NCBI GenBank assembly: GCA_964019425.1
Contig: OZ025781.1
Location: forward strand, 434,001 to 498,000
Reading direction: 5' to 3'
Source of the DNA: Flectonema sp. DT1601
Taxonomy: Eukaryota
Length of the DNA stretch: 64,000 nt
Under the pieces are notes generated by a model that searched no databases, had not been told where the DNA came from, and worked only from the letters and a program-made list of their open reading frames with translations. The translations under genes were made by a program, and so were the position numbers. The first letter of the stretch is position 1. Each line of letters opens with the position of its first letter. Positions 1 through 12,924 of this stretch are shown here, piece by piece.

Positions 1-401
1 TTTTTTTTTATATTCTTTTTTATTAATTTTGAAAAAAAAACAATCAGTTTAGCGTCTTGACCAGGACGGAAAATAGAAAGTGATCGACATAGTCGATCGA
101 TAAAAAAACAATGATAACATTGTTTATTCTTTTTTTTTATTTTAAATTCTTTTTATTTATTCTTTAAAGAAAAGAAACGGAAAATAGAAATTAGTCGACA
201 AAGTCGAACTACTTTCTATTTTCCGTCGAACTACTTTTATTTTTTTTTTTTTTCTTTAAAAATAAATGAAAAGAATAAAAAAAAAAAAAAAAAAAAGGAA
301 TAAACAATGTTATCATTGTTTTTTTTTTATCGATCGACTATGTCGATTACTTTCTATTTTCCGTCCTGGTCAAGACGCTAAACTGATTGTTTTTTCTTTA
401 A

Positions 402-2139
402 CCCATTAAGGACGGGGGGTCCACTACAGTGGTTATTTTGAAATTTTATTTTCGCTAAGGGGAAAACCCGGCTAACGCTACCCAGGGGGGGTGTAATCGA
501 GGCCGTTTCGCGACGAATCTTGGGTGGGATGGCGTGGTTCGCTGTGTTTTTATTCATGAAATTCAAAACTAATAATCAAAATTTTACCACCTAACAAGAA
601 GTTTCGTGTGCCTGTTGAAATTGATACAAGTTCGGCGTCCTATGAAAGTCTGATGATGATGGATTCTGTATCGGAGTCGTCATCTGACAGCAACACAGCA
701 AAGGTATCAAAGTGGGGGGGCAAAACCAAGAGAATCCCCAGGGAAAAACGGAAAGGACCTACCCAGAGTGTGAGCGACTTTAATGAAATGAACGAATTGA
801 AGGTATCCAACTCATTTTCACTGATCATGTGCTTAAAATGATATTTCGACACACTCTTGCCTACCCGATTGACAAAGAGACGTCCATGAAGTCACTAGAA
901 GTTGGTGAACTGAAATGCTTTCTCCGTAATTTCCACACTGCTAACAAACACATTCCTGCTTCTTATGTTCATAGTCTTGTTAAACCCCATAATAATAAAG
1001 GGCATTGGGTGACGTTTGACAATTTCAATTCGTCATACGCATTTCTTGTTTTGATGTTAGCGAAAGGGTTCCACTGTGTTGGAACAGCCTGACGGAACAG
1101 AAAGGGAGTTCTGTTGATGTTACAAAACCGAAGGCTACCCCTGGACCGGGACGACTAAGCAAATCGGAAGTGAAAGAAAGACCGAAGAATCTTTCTGCTT
1201 CTTACCTTCAGTCAAGCACGGCATCCACCATATAAAGTGGAGAGACTCAAAGGATGTGCATCTTTTCAGTACTCTTCCCTTACGTGAGCACTGTGTCGAT
1301 GTATATCGCTGGATTAGGAAGAGAAATAAAAAAGAAAAAGTGCCGATCAAACTACCGTGCAAGTAGACAGGTACACCAAAACGATGGGAGGTGTTAACCT
1401 GATGGATAGCGTGAAGGGAAGGGCGAACAGAAACCTTCAAACTAAACGATGGCATCTAAAGGTTTTCGACTACTAGCTGAAAGTTTCAATGTTCAACACG
1501 TTTACCCTTCAAAAGAAATGCGGTAAGGATACTGGTACCTACATACGGTATGTAGAGGAGCTCGCTATGCAACTCGTCAGTGACGGGACGTCGAGAGACA
1601 AGACAACCAATACTACATCTACTATTGACTCGGGTTCGCACTTTTCACACATGTTCAGCACCACTGAGCACTATCCATCAATATTTGGCGCTGCTAAACA
1701 ATGTAAGTATCACAATACTCGAGTGAGGACTACTTATGGATGCCAGGGGTGTAAGGTTTTTATGTGTCCTGCACCCTGTTTTGGCAAATACCACTTAAAT
1801 CTTACAAAGGGGAGAACATTTGCGTCCCATACCACCACCTCTGTGTCGGGAGGTGCTATCCGGGAAGAATGTACGAAGGGGAAGACCCCTGCACTCACAA
1901 CAACATCAAAATTGAAGAGGCGCAGGGAGTCATAAGAACTGAGCTTATTGTTGTCTTTGGTGGTGTTTTCATTTGTTCTGTTCACCCTTTAGGTGGTGAA
2001 TGTGTGTGTATTTTTAACGGGCAGGCAATGGCGGTTCACTTTGTCACATCACCTTTCCGAGCCCCCCTACCCCTTTTCCCCGTTAGCTCTTTTTTCAAAA
2101 AAAGTCAAAAAACCGGGTTTTACCCCCGTCCGTAATGGG
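402..2139 (+). mobile_element. piggyBac-family DNA transposon, defective copy 1 (1738 bp)
   Basis: TTAA at 398-401 and 2140-2143. 17-bp TIRs CCCATTAAGGACGGGGG / CCCATTACGGACGGGGG (1 mismatch). Removing the element restores a satellite-B unit (...ttctTTAAaataatt...). Internal transposase remnants. Confidence 0.95.
829..1935 (+). pseudogene. Disrupted piggyBac transposase
   Basis: Motifs across frames: WVTFDNFNSS, CVGTA*RNRKG, KWRDSKDVHLFST, YTKTMGGVNLMD and a C-terminal Cys-rich domain CKYH...CQGCKVFMCPAPCFGKYH. Stops and frameshifts present. Confidence 0.9.
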
Positions 2140-2299
2140 TTAAAATAATTAAAAGGATTTAAAAAAAAAAAAAAAAAAAAAAAGAATAAACAATGTTATC
2201 ATTGTTTTTTTTTCTATCGATCAACTATGTCGATTAATTTCTATTTTCCGTCCTGATCGAGACGCTAAACTGATTGTTTCCTTTTTTTAAATAATAAAT

Positions 2300-2330
<31 letters not shown>

Positions 2331-2702
2331 ATCTCCCTGCTATCCTCATATCCCCCTTTTCTGGTCTTTTTTTTTTCTTTTTTTCCTTTTTCATACAACG
2401 TTTTTTATTTATATATATATTTTTTTTTTTTTTTTTTTCATGTTTGATTATTTCCTCTTCATATTTTTTTTTTCTATTCTTTCTTTTTTTTTTTTTTTTT
2501 TTTTTTCTCTGCCTCTCTCTCAATTCTGTTCGTTTCTTTGAAACGAAAATTCATTTGAATATTATTCCTTGGTCAGCAACCATCATTGTCGCCCTTTGGG
2601 CCTGTTAAAAAAAAAAAAAAAAAAATAAAAAGAAAGTTTACATCGGGAATAGGGCAGGAGCCAAAAGCTCCCAGTCCGTTACTTCCCACTTTATCGAAAT
2701 TC

Positions 2703-3720
2703 ATAAAAAAAAAACAATGATAACATTGTTTATTCTTTTTTTTTTTTTTTTTTATACTGTAAAGGGAAATATTCTTGTGGGGAAAAACCCGCGAGTTTTT
2801 ATTTTTTTTTCTAAATCCGCGAGAATATTTCCCCACGGGAATATTTCCTTGCAAGCATACTTTTTTTCCAGCCATTTTTTTGGTTCTTTTTTGTGAAGAA
2901 AATATGTGTGCTACGAAGGAAAGTTTCAGCAAAAATTATTTTTATTGTGCAGTATGGTAGTTTTTTATTGTGTTTGTTTGGTAAATAATGCTTTGTTCCA
3001 CCAGACACTTGATGGAAGTGCAAAGATTTCTTAGATTCTTGATCAACTGACTGACTTTCACAAAAATCCTCTGTGGCAGGGAAATATTCTTGTGGGGAAA
3101 AACCCGCGAGTTTAAAAAAAAATCTCCAAATCCGCGAGAATATTTCCCCGCGAGAATATTTCCCCGCAAGAATATTTCCCCACGAGAATATTTCCCTTTA
3201 CAGTATTCTTTTTTATTAATTTTGAAAAAAAAACAATCAGTTTAGCGTCTTGACCAGGACGGAAAATAGAAAGTGATCGACATAGTCGATTGATAAAAAA
3301 ACAATGATAACATTGTTTATTCTTTTTTTTTTTTTTTTTTTTATATTCTTTTTTATTAATTTTGAAAAAAAAAACAATCAGTTTAGCGTCTTGACCAGGA
3401 CGGAAAATAGAAAGTAATCGACATAGTCGATCGATAAAAAAACAATGATAACATTGTTTATTCTTTTTTTTTTATTTTAAATTCTTTTTATTTATTCTTT
3501 AAAGAAAAGAAACGGAAAATAGAAATTAGTCGACAAAGTCGAACGATAAAAAAAAACAATGATAACATTGTTTATTCTTTTTTTTTTTTTTTTATATTCT
3601 TTTTATTAATTTTTTAATAAAAAAAAAAAAAACAATCAGTTTAGCGTCTTGACCAGGACGGAAAACTGGAAGTAATCGACATAGTCGATCGATAAAAAAA
3701 CAATGATAACATTGTTTCAT
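2703..3720 (+). repeat. Satellite B array (~110-bp units)
   Basis: Tandem units AACAATCAGTTTAGCGTCTTGACCAGGACGGAAAATAGAAAGTRATCGACATAGTCGATCGAT(A)nCAATGATAACATTGTTTATTC(T)n. Interrupted by the MITE at 2757. Confidence 0.95.
2757..3203. mobile_element. MITE with TA target duplication (Tc1/mariner-type), family 1
   Basis: TA at 2755-2756 and 3204-3205. TIR CTGTAAAGGGAAATATTCT. Internal repeats of GAATATTTCCCC(G/A)C. Empty site matches the satellite unit. Confidence 0.9.
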
Positions 3721-4151
3721 CTTTTATATTTTTTAATTTTTTTTTTTATATTTGAAGAAAAGAAAGAAGAAAAAAAAAAAAAAAAAACAAGCGGAATTGA
3801 TCATAATGGGTGGCAGGGGTTGATATAACTTCATTTGAAAATTCTTCTTTTTTAATTTCTTTTTTTTTGAAATTTTTTTTTATTTAACAGGAGTTAAGAT
3901 CACTTACATGAGTTAACACAACACAGATACGAGAGTAGCAAACTGAGGTAACACTACCAATTCAACAAAAAATAATCAGGATCGGACACAAGGAGGAGAG
4001 TTCATTCTACCTCTAACTGTCCTTGCTGGTATCTTAAGTGTCTTGGTATCTCTTTTGTGTCGGTATCTCGGAAGTGCTGGTATCTCGTATGTGCGTTGGT
4101 ATCTCTTGCGTGTTGGTATCTCTTGCACATAAGAAAAAATATTGAGTTAAC

Positions 4152-4152
<1 letters not shown>

Positions 4153-4183
<31 letters not shown>

Positions 4184-4575
4184 ATAAACAATGTTATCAT
4201 TGTTTTTTTATCGATCGACTATGTCGATCACTTTCAATTTTCCGTCCTGGTCAGGACGCTAAACTGATTGTTTTTTCTTTAAAAATAAATAAAAAGAATA
4301 AAAAAAAAGAAAAAAAAAAGGAATAAACAATGTTATCATTGTTTTTTTTTTATCGATCGACTATGTCGATTACTTTCTATTTTCCGTCCTGGTCAGGACG
4401 CTAAACTGATTGTTTTTTCTTTAAAAATAAATAAAAAGAATAAAAAAAAAAGAAAAAAAAAAGGAATAAACAATGTTATCATTGTTTTTTATCGATCGAC
4501 TATGTCGATCACTTTCTATTTTCCGTCCTGGTCAAGACGCTAAACTGATTGTTTTTTCTTTAAAATAATTAAAAG

Positions 4576-4608
<33 letters not shown>

Positions 4609-4861
4609 ATAAACAATGTTATCATTGTCTTTTTTCTATCGATCGACTATGTGGATCACTTTCAATTTTCCGTCCTGGTCAGGACGCTAAACTGATTGTT
4701 TTTTCTTTAAAAATAAATAAAAAGAATAAAAAAAAAAAAAAAAAAAAGGAATAAACAATGTTATCATTGTTTTTTTTCTATCGATCGACTATGTCGATTA
4801 ATTTCTATTTTCCGTCCTGATCGAGACGCTAAACTGATTGTTTCCTTTTTTTAAATAATAA

Positions 4862-4899
<38 letters not shown>

Positions 4900-5295
4900 A
4901 TCTCCCTGCTATCCTCATATCCCCACAATAATATTATACCTTTTCATTTTCTCTTTCCTTTTCTGGTCTTTTTTTTTTCTTTTTTTCCTTTTTCATACAA
5001 CGTTTTTTATTTATATTTTATTTTTTTTTTTTTTTTTCATGTTTGATTATTTCCTCTTCATATTTTTTTTCTATTCTTTCTTTTTTTTTTTTTTTTTTTT
5101 TTTCTCTACCTCTCTCTTAATTCTGTTCGTTTCTTTGAAACGAAAATTCATTTGAATATTATTCCTTGGTCAGCAACCATCATTGTCGCCCTTTGGGCCT
5201 GTTAAAAAAAAAAAAAAAATAAAAAGAAAGTTTACGTCGGGAATAGGGCAGGAGCCAAAAGCTCCCAGTCCGTTACTTCCCACTTATCGAAATTC
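4153..5295 (-). mobile_element. One-ended insertion of a foldback-family arm (module A plus satellite B)
   Basis: Ends in ...CACTTATCGAAATTC at 5295. Splits the C-D junction GAGTTAACAT(G)ATCAGTTTT, which is intact on the minus strand near 15240-15260. Confidence 0.75.
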
Positions 5296-6148
5296 ATCAG
5301 TTTTATTTAAAATTAAAGACAGACCGGAACTATTTGAAAATAAAATGTAGATGGGAAACAGTGAAAATTAAAATGAATGATAAAATTAAATGAGATTTAT
5401 GACATAACAGACCAGATAGAGAGTAATAAAGGGAAAAGGAAAACGGAAAGGGTTCATTCACTTAGTTAAAGTTAAGACCGATTAGTCAGTTTAAGGTCTT
5501 GACTAGGACCAACAAAAAAAAAAAAAAGTAAATAAATAAATAAATAACGATCAAGCTGAGCTGATCTTGTTTTTATTAAAATAAGGGGAGCGGGAGGGAT
5601 GGAAGGAATAAAGGAAAAAAAAAGAAAAGGTCGATCAATTGGATCTGGTCGTCGAGAAGAAGAAGACAATTATTTTAAAGGTCGATCGGCATAGCCGATC
5701 GTTGAGAAAAATAACCAGATATAAATACAATCAGTTTAAATAAAAAAAAAAAAAAAAATAAATAAATAAAAAAGTTTAACGATCGAGCTGAGCTGATCTT
5801 GTTTTTATTAAAATATCTTTATCGAAATTCAGGGGAGCGGGAGGGATGGAAGAAATAAAGGAAAAAAAAAGAAAAGGTCGATCAATTGGATCTGATCGTC
5901 GAGAAGAAGAAAACAATTATTTTTAAAAAAAATTGATCGGTATAGCCGATCGTTGAGAAAAGAACAGATATAAATACAATCGGTTTTGGTGATCGACGAG
6001 TGGAGCGATCACTTGACAAGAAGGAAAAAAGAAAGGACCGATTAATTGGGGCTTTGGTTGTATTCCCAAGGCATGTTTTTTTTTTTTTTTTTTTAATATT
6101 CATTTACATTTTTTTTTTTTTTTTTTTTTAAATTAATAATCAGAATAT

Positions 6149-7160
6149 GAAATTTGGGAGAGGAATAGGGGCAGTGAACTTTTGATTCAGGCCCTTCCCA
6201 ACGAACAGGACGAAGACTTCTAAAACCTGAGATGAACCAATTGAGTTGAAACAAACAAATAACAGAGACGCAACACATACCGGAACATCATCGCAAGCAA
6301 TGCTTCGGACCTCCGTCGACCTTCGTTCTTCCGGCGGCAAAGGGAAACAAGAAAGAACGGGCAATGAGACAAACCTGTTAGTTGGTGTTGTGTTGTTGTT
6401 AAAAACAAAAACATAAACGCCAGGAAGTTCGACAACGAAGACATCGACATCGATCGCTGCTCTGCAGATGTCCGGCGGGTGTTTGTCTACACTGTGTTTA
6501 TTGTTTGTTTTTTTCCCAAGGTTCAACCCTGGGAAGAGAAGTAAAAAATTCCGTCAGTGTTGGCCTTCCTGTTCGAAGGTGCGCACCAATGACGATAAAT
6601 AGAGTGGGGGGGAGAAAACCTTTGATCCAACTGGATCCCTTCACGACTGACATTGCCATGTGAAGTTAAATATTCTGGCGATGCCAGCTCAGGCGACTTA
6701 GCCTGCTTTTTTCTTTAAATAAAAAAAATAAAAAGATACCAACAGGTGGGGTGATGGGTTGCGCCACTGCAATCCAGTCACAAAAAGAAACAAAGGTAAT
6801 CTCCAGGGTTCTCGACCCTTGGTTCTCCCTGCGCAAGCATCGCATGGAGGGTGACGCTAAGCACCCGGGGGGTACGAAACAAACTTTCCCCCTGCTGTCC
6901 TGTTTGAAATAAAAAAAAAAAAAAAAAAAAAGGGATAGAAGTAAACAGAATACATTACACCTCAACAGGTGACGCTAAACACCCAGGGGATACAAACCAA
7001 ACTTTCCCCCTGTTGCCCTGTTTGAAATAAATTAAAAAAAGAACAAGAAAACAGAATACAATACTCAGCAATCAGACTCGTTCACTCGCTTCGCCAGAGC
7101 CGTTAGAGCCGATGCTCATGTAAAGTTACCTGTTTTCTTTTAACAAATTAAATAAAATAA
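6149..7160. repeat. Interspersed ~1-kb repeat H, copy 1
   Basis: Near-identical inverted copy at ~29232-30237. Contains two tandem GGTGACGCTAARCACCC...AAACTTTCCCCCTG units. No recognisable protein. Confidence 0.85.
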
Positions 7161-7191
7161 AAAGTAATCGACATAGTGAATTCGATAGAGT

Positions 7192-7557
7192 GGTAATTGT
7201 CCTTCCATGCTTTGCACCTGTCGAAATAATAAAACTTAAAAACTACACACGCACCAATAACAAGCGATTACACTAGAACGCGCGATTGCAAGAACACCCT
7301 GGTTCAAGGTGGCTCGCTGCGGCGGGGTAACTGAAGTCCGTTTTCGTTGGACTCAACACCAAACTTTCGAAAACGTGAGTGTGAGAGAAAGAAGTGATCG
7401 AGCTGTATAAAGAATTTCTTTTTGAAAAAATAGAAGGCTAAAGAATATATAAAAATGTCTGCTGTTTCGTTCATTTTTCCAACTTCGGAATCATACACTT
7501 TTCTGTCTGATTCCTTTGATTATTTCTTTCCGGTGCTAAGCTTGGTGGAAAATTACC
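7192..7557. mobile_element. Non-autonomous TIR element, possibly Merlin-like
   Basis: Imperfect ~27-bp TIRs GGTAATTGTCCTTCCATGCTTTGCACC / GGTAATTTTCCACCAAGCTTAGCACC. Sits inside the module-A terminus starting at 7178. No clean TSD, so the superfamily is tentative. Confidence 0.6.
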
Positions 7558-7745
7558 TGAATGAATTCTAGGAAGTAACGGACTGGGAGCTTTTGGCTCC
7601 TGCCCTATTCCCGATGTAAACTTTCTTTTTATTTTTTTTTTTTTAACAGGCCCAGAGGGCGACAATGACTGTTGCTGACCAAGGAATAATATTCAAATGA
7701 ATTTTCGTTTCAAAGAAACGAACAGAATTAAGAGAGAGGCAGAGA

Positions 7746-7778
<33 letters not shown>

Positions 7779-8839
7779 AAAAAAAAAAAAAAATATGAAG
7801 AGGAAATAATCAAACATGAAAAAAATAAAAAAAAAAATAAAATATAAATAAAAAACGTTGTATGAAAAAGGAAAAAAAGAAAAAAAAAGACCAGAAAAGG
7901 AAAGAGAAAATGAAAAGGTATAATATTATTGTGGGGATATGAGGATAGCAGGGAGATGCTCTTTTTTTTTTTTTTTTTTTATTTATTATTTAAAAAAAAG
8001 GAAACAATCAGTTTAGCGTCTCGATCGGGACGGAAAATAGAAATTAATCGACATAGTCGATCGATAAAAAAACAATGATAACATTGTTTATTCTTTTTTT
8101 TTTTTTTTTTTTTAAATTCTTTTTATTTATTTTTTAAGAAAAAAAAACGGAAAATAGAAATTAGTCGACATGGTCGAACGATAAAAGAACAATGATAACA
8201 TTGTTTATTCTTTTTTTTATTTTTTTTTTTTATATTCTTTTTTATTAATTTTGAAAAAAAAAAAAAAAAAAACAATCAGTTTAGCGTCTTGACCAGGACG
8301 GAAAATAGAAAGTAATCGACATAGTCGATCGATAAAAATACAATGATAACATTGTTTAATCTTTTATAATCTCTTATTTCTTTTTTTCTTTTGAATTTCG
8401 AAAAGGTGGGAAGTAACGGACTGGGAGCTTTTGGCTCCTGCCCTATTCCCGATGTAAACTTTCTTTTTATTTTTTTTTTTTTTTAACAGGCCCAAAGGGC
8501 GACAATGATGGTTGCTGACCAAGGAATAATATTCAAATGAATTTTCGTTTCAAAGAAACGAACAGAATTAAGAGAGAGGTAGAGAAAAAAAAAAAAAAAA
8601 AAAAAAGAAAGAATAGAAAAAAAATATGAAGAGGAAATAATCAAACATGAAAAAAAAAAAAAAAAATAAAATATAAATAAAAAACGTTGTATGAAAAAGG
8701 AAAAAAAGAAAAAAAAAAGACCAGAAAAGGAAAGAGAAAATGAAAAGGTATAATATTATTGTGGGGATATGAGGATAGCAGGGAGATGCTCTTTTTTTTT
8801 TTTTTTTTTTTTATTTTTTTTTTTATTTATTATTTAAAA

Positions 8840-9650
8840 AAGGGAAACAATCAGTTTAGCGTCTCGATCAGGACGGAAAATAGAAATTAATCGACATAGT
8901 CGATCGATAGAAAAAAAACAATGATAACATTGTTTATTCTTTTTTTTTTTTTTTTTTTTTTATTTATTATTTAAAAAAGGGAAACAATCAGTTTAGCGTC
9001 TCGATCAGGACGGAAAATAGAAATTAATCGACATAGTCGATCGATAGAAAAAAAACAATGATAACATTGTTTATTCTTTTTTTTTTTTTTTTTTTTTTTT
9101 ATTCTTTTTATTTATTTTTAAAGAAAAAACAATCAGTTTAGCGTCCTGACCAGGACGGAAAATTGAAAGTGATCGACATAGTCGATCGATAGAAAAAAAA
9201 CAATGATAACATTGTTTATTCCTTTTTTTTTTTTTTTTTTTTTATTCTTTTTATTTATTTTTAAAGAAGAAACAATCAGTTTAGCGACCTGACCAGGACG
9301 GAAAATTGAAAGTGATCGACATAGTCGATCGATAGAAAAAAAACAATGATAACATTGTTTATTCTTTTTTTTTTTTTTTTTTTTTTTTAAATCCTTTTAA
9401 TTATTTTAAAGAAAAAACAATCAGTTTAGCGTCTTGACCAGGGCGGAAAATAGAAAGTAATCGACATAGTCGATCGATAAAAAAAAAACAATGATAACAT
9501 TGTTTATTCCTTTTTTTTTTTTTTTTTTTTTTTTATTCTTTTTATTTATTTTTAAAGAAAAAACAATCAGTTTAGCGTCCTGACCAGGACGGAAAATTGG
9601 AAGTGATCGACATAGTCGATCGATAAAAAAACAATGATAACATTGTTTAT

Positions 9651-9685
<35 letters not shown>

Positions 9686-9797
9686 CTTTTAATTATTTTT
9701 TAAAGAAAAAACAATCAGTTTAGCGTCTTGACCAGGACGGAAAATAGAAAGTGATCGACATAGTCGATCGATAAAAAACAATGATAACATTGTTTAT

Positions 9798-9834
<37 letters not shown>

Positions 9835-10459
9835 CCTTTTTATTATTTTAAAGAAAAAACAATCAGTTTAGCGTCTTGACCAGGACGGAAAATAGAAAGT
9901 GATCGACATAGTCGATCGATAAAAAAAAAACAATGATAACATTGTTTATTCTTTTATTTTTTTTTTTTTAAATTCTTTTTATTTATTTTTAAAGAAAAAA
10001 AAACGGAAAATAAAAATTAGTCGACAAAGTCGAACGATAAAAAAAAAACAATGATAACATTGTTTATTCTTTTTTTTTTTGTTTTTTTTTATTCTTTTTT
10101 ATTAATTTTGAAAAAAAAACAATCAGTTTAGCGTCTTGACTAGGACGGAAAATAGAAAGTAATCGACATAGTCGATCGATAAAAAAAAACAATGATAACA
10201 TTGTTTACTCTTTTTTTTTTTTTTTTTAAATTCTTTTTATTTTAAAAAGAAAAAAAACGGAAAATAGAAATTAGTCGACAAAGTCGAACGATAAAAAAAA
10301 AACAATGATAACATTGTTTATTCTTTTTTTTTTATTTTTTTTTTTTTATATTCTTTTTTAAAAAAAAAACAATCAGTTTAGCGTCTTGACCAGGACGGAA
10401 AATAGAAAGTGATCGACATAGTCGATCGATAAAAAAAAAACAATGATAACATTGTTTAT

Positions 10460-10495
<36 letters not shown>

Positions 10496-10868
10496 CTTTT
10501 TTTTTTTTTTAAAGAAAAAACAATCAGTTTAGCGTCTTGACCAGGACGGAAAATAGAAAGTAATCGACATAGTCGATCGATAAAAAAAACAATGATAACA
10601 TTGTTTATTCTTTTTTTTTTTTTTTTAAATCTTTTTATTTATTTTTTAAAAAGAAAAAAAAAAAAACGGAAAATAGAAATTAGTCAACAACGTCGAACGA
10701 TAAAAAAAAAACAATGATAACATTGTTTATTCTTTTTTTTTATTTTTTTTTGTATTCTTTTTTATTAATTTTGAAAAAAAACAATCAGTTTTGCGTCTTG
10801 ACCAGGACGGAAAATAGAAAGTGATCGACATAGTCGATCGATAAAAAAACAATGATAACATTGTTTAT

Positions 10869-10905
<37 letters not shown>

Positions 10906-11444
10906 CTTTTTATTATTTTTAAAGAAAAAACAATCAGTTTAGCGTCTTGACCAGGACGAAAAATAGAAAGTGATCGACATAGTCGATCGATAAAATAAAA
11001 CAATGATAACATTGTTTATTCTTTTTTTTTTTTTTTTTTTTTTTTTAATCCTTCTTTTCATTTTTTAGAGAAAAAACAATCAGTTTAGCGTCTTGACCAG
11101 GACGGAAAATAGAAAGTAATCGACATAGTCGATCGATAAAATAAAAACAATGATAACATTGTTTATTCCTTTTTTTTTTTTTTTTATTCTTTTTATTTAT
11201 TTTTAAAGAAAAAACAATCAGTTTAGCGTCCTGACCAGGACGGGAAATAGAAAGTGATCGACATAGTCGATCGATAAAAAAACAATGATAACATTGTTTA
11301 TTCTTTTTTTTTTTTTTTTTTTTTTTTTTATTCTTTTTATTTATTTTTTAAAGAAAAAACATCAGTTTAGCGTCTTGACCAGGACGGAAAATAGAAATTA
11401 GTCGACAAAGTCGATCGATAACAAAACAATGATAACATTGTTTA

Positions 11445-11475
<31 letters not shown>

Positions 11476-12270
11476 TTCTTTTTATTTATTTTTTAAAGAA
11501 AAAACAATCAGTTTAGCGTCCTGACCAGGACGGAAAATAGAAAGTAATCGACATAGTCGATCGATAAAAAAAAACAATGATAACATTGTTTAATCTTTTT
11601 TTTTTTTTTTTTTTTTTTTATTCTTTTTATTTATTTAGAAAAAACAATCAGTTTAGCGTCTTGACCAGGACGGAAAATAGAAATTAGTCGACAAAGTCGA
11701 TCGATAAAAAAACAATGATAACATTGTTTATTCTTTTTTTTTTTTTTTTTTTTTAAATTCTTTTTATTTATTTTTTAAGAAAAAAAAAACGGAAAATAGA
11801 AATTAGTCGACAAAGTCGAACGATAAAAAAACAATGATAACATTGTTTATTCTTTTTTTTATTTTTTTTTTTTTTATTCTTTTTTATTAATTTTGAAAAA
11901 AAAAAAAACAATCAGTTTAGCGTCTTGACCAGGACGGAAAATAGAAAGTAATCGACATAGTCGATCGATAAAAAACAATGATAACATTGTTTATTCTTTT
12001 TTTTTTTTTTTTTTTTTTAAATTCTTTTTATTTATTTTTTAAGAAGAAAAACGGAAAATAGAAATTAGTCGACAAAGTCGAACGATAAAAAAACAATGAT
12101 AACATTGTTTATTCTTTTTTTTATTTTTTTTTTTTATATTCTTTTTTATTAATTTTGAAAAAAAAAAAAAAAAAAACAATCAGTTTAGCGTCTTGACCAG
12201 GACGGAAAATAGAAAGTAATCGACATAGTCGATCGATAAAAATACAATGATAACATTGTTTAATCTTTTA
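8840..12270 (+). repeat. Satellite B array (left arm)
   Basis: About 30 tandem long and short units with variable poly-T. Confidence 0.95.
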
Positions 12271-12504
12271 TAATTTTTTATTTTTTTTTTTGTTTTAAAA
12301 AAAAAAAAAAAACAAGCGGAATTGATCATAATGGGTGGTAGGGGTTGTTATAACTTCGTTTGAAAATTCTTCTTTTTTGATTTCTTTTTTTTTTTCTTTT
12401 TATAGGAGTTAAGATCACTTTCAGGAGACAACACATGAACAAGAGCAGCAAGCAAAGTTGACACTATCAATTCAAATTTGAAATACCGGGAATTAATTTA
12501 CAAG

Positions 12505-12602
12505 GAGGTATCTCAAGTGACTTGGTATCTCTAGCGTGTCGGTATCTCTGGAGTGCTGGTATCTCGTATGTGCGTTGGTATCTCATGAGTGATGGTATCT
12601 CT
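12505..12602 (+). repeat. GGTATCTC iteron cluster (module C)
   Basis: Six GGTATCTC copies spaced ~16-19 bp apart. Homologous clusters near 4030-4125, 15280-15380 (inverted), 19700-19795, 34345-34440 and 39155-39210. Confidence 0.85.
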
Positions 12603-12924
12603 TGTGCATTAGAAAAACGAAAAAGAATGTCATGACCATGACGGAAGAATTGAGGAATTGAGTTAACATGTTCAATTTAACTTATTTAAACTTTTTTTTT
12701 TTTAAACAGACCGTAACTATTTGAAAATAAAATGTAGATGGGAAACAGTGAAAAGTAAAATGGATGATAAAATTAAATGAGAAATATGACATAACAGACC
12801 AGATAGCGAGTATTAAAAGGAAATTGAAAAGGAAAAGAGAAACTAGGTTAACACTTATTTAAAATTAAGACCGGTTAGTCAGTTTAAGGTCTTGACTAGG
12901 ACCAACAAAAAAGAAAGAAAAAAA

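Noticed and set aside
7563..7570. GAATTC as an additional module-A terminus
   Set aside because: The real terminus is at 7178; this is filler after the inserted TIR element.
8840..12270. Palindromic repeats with variable intervening sequence resembling a CRISPR array
   Set aside because: Intervening segments are poly-T/poly-A length variants of one sequence, not unique spacers. No cas genes; eukaryotic context.
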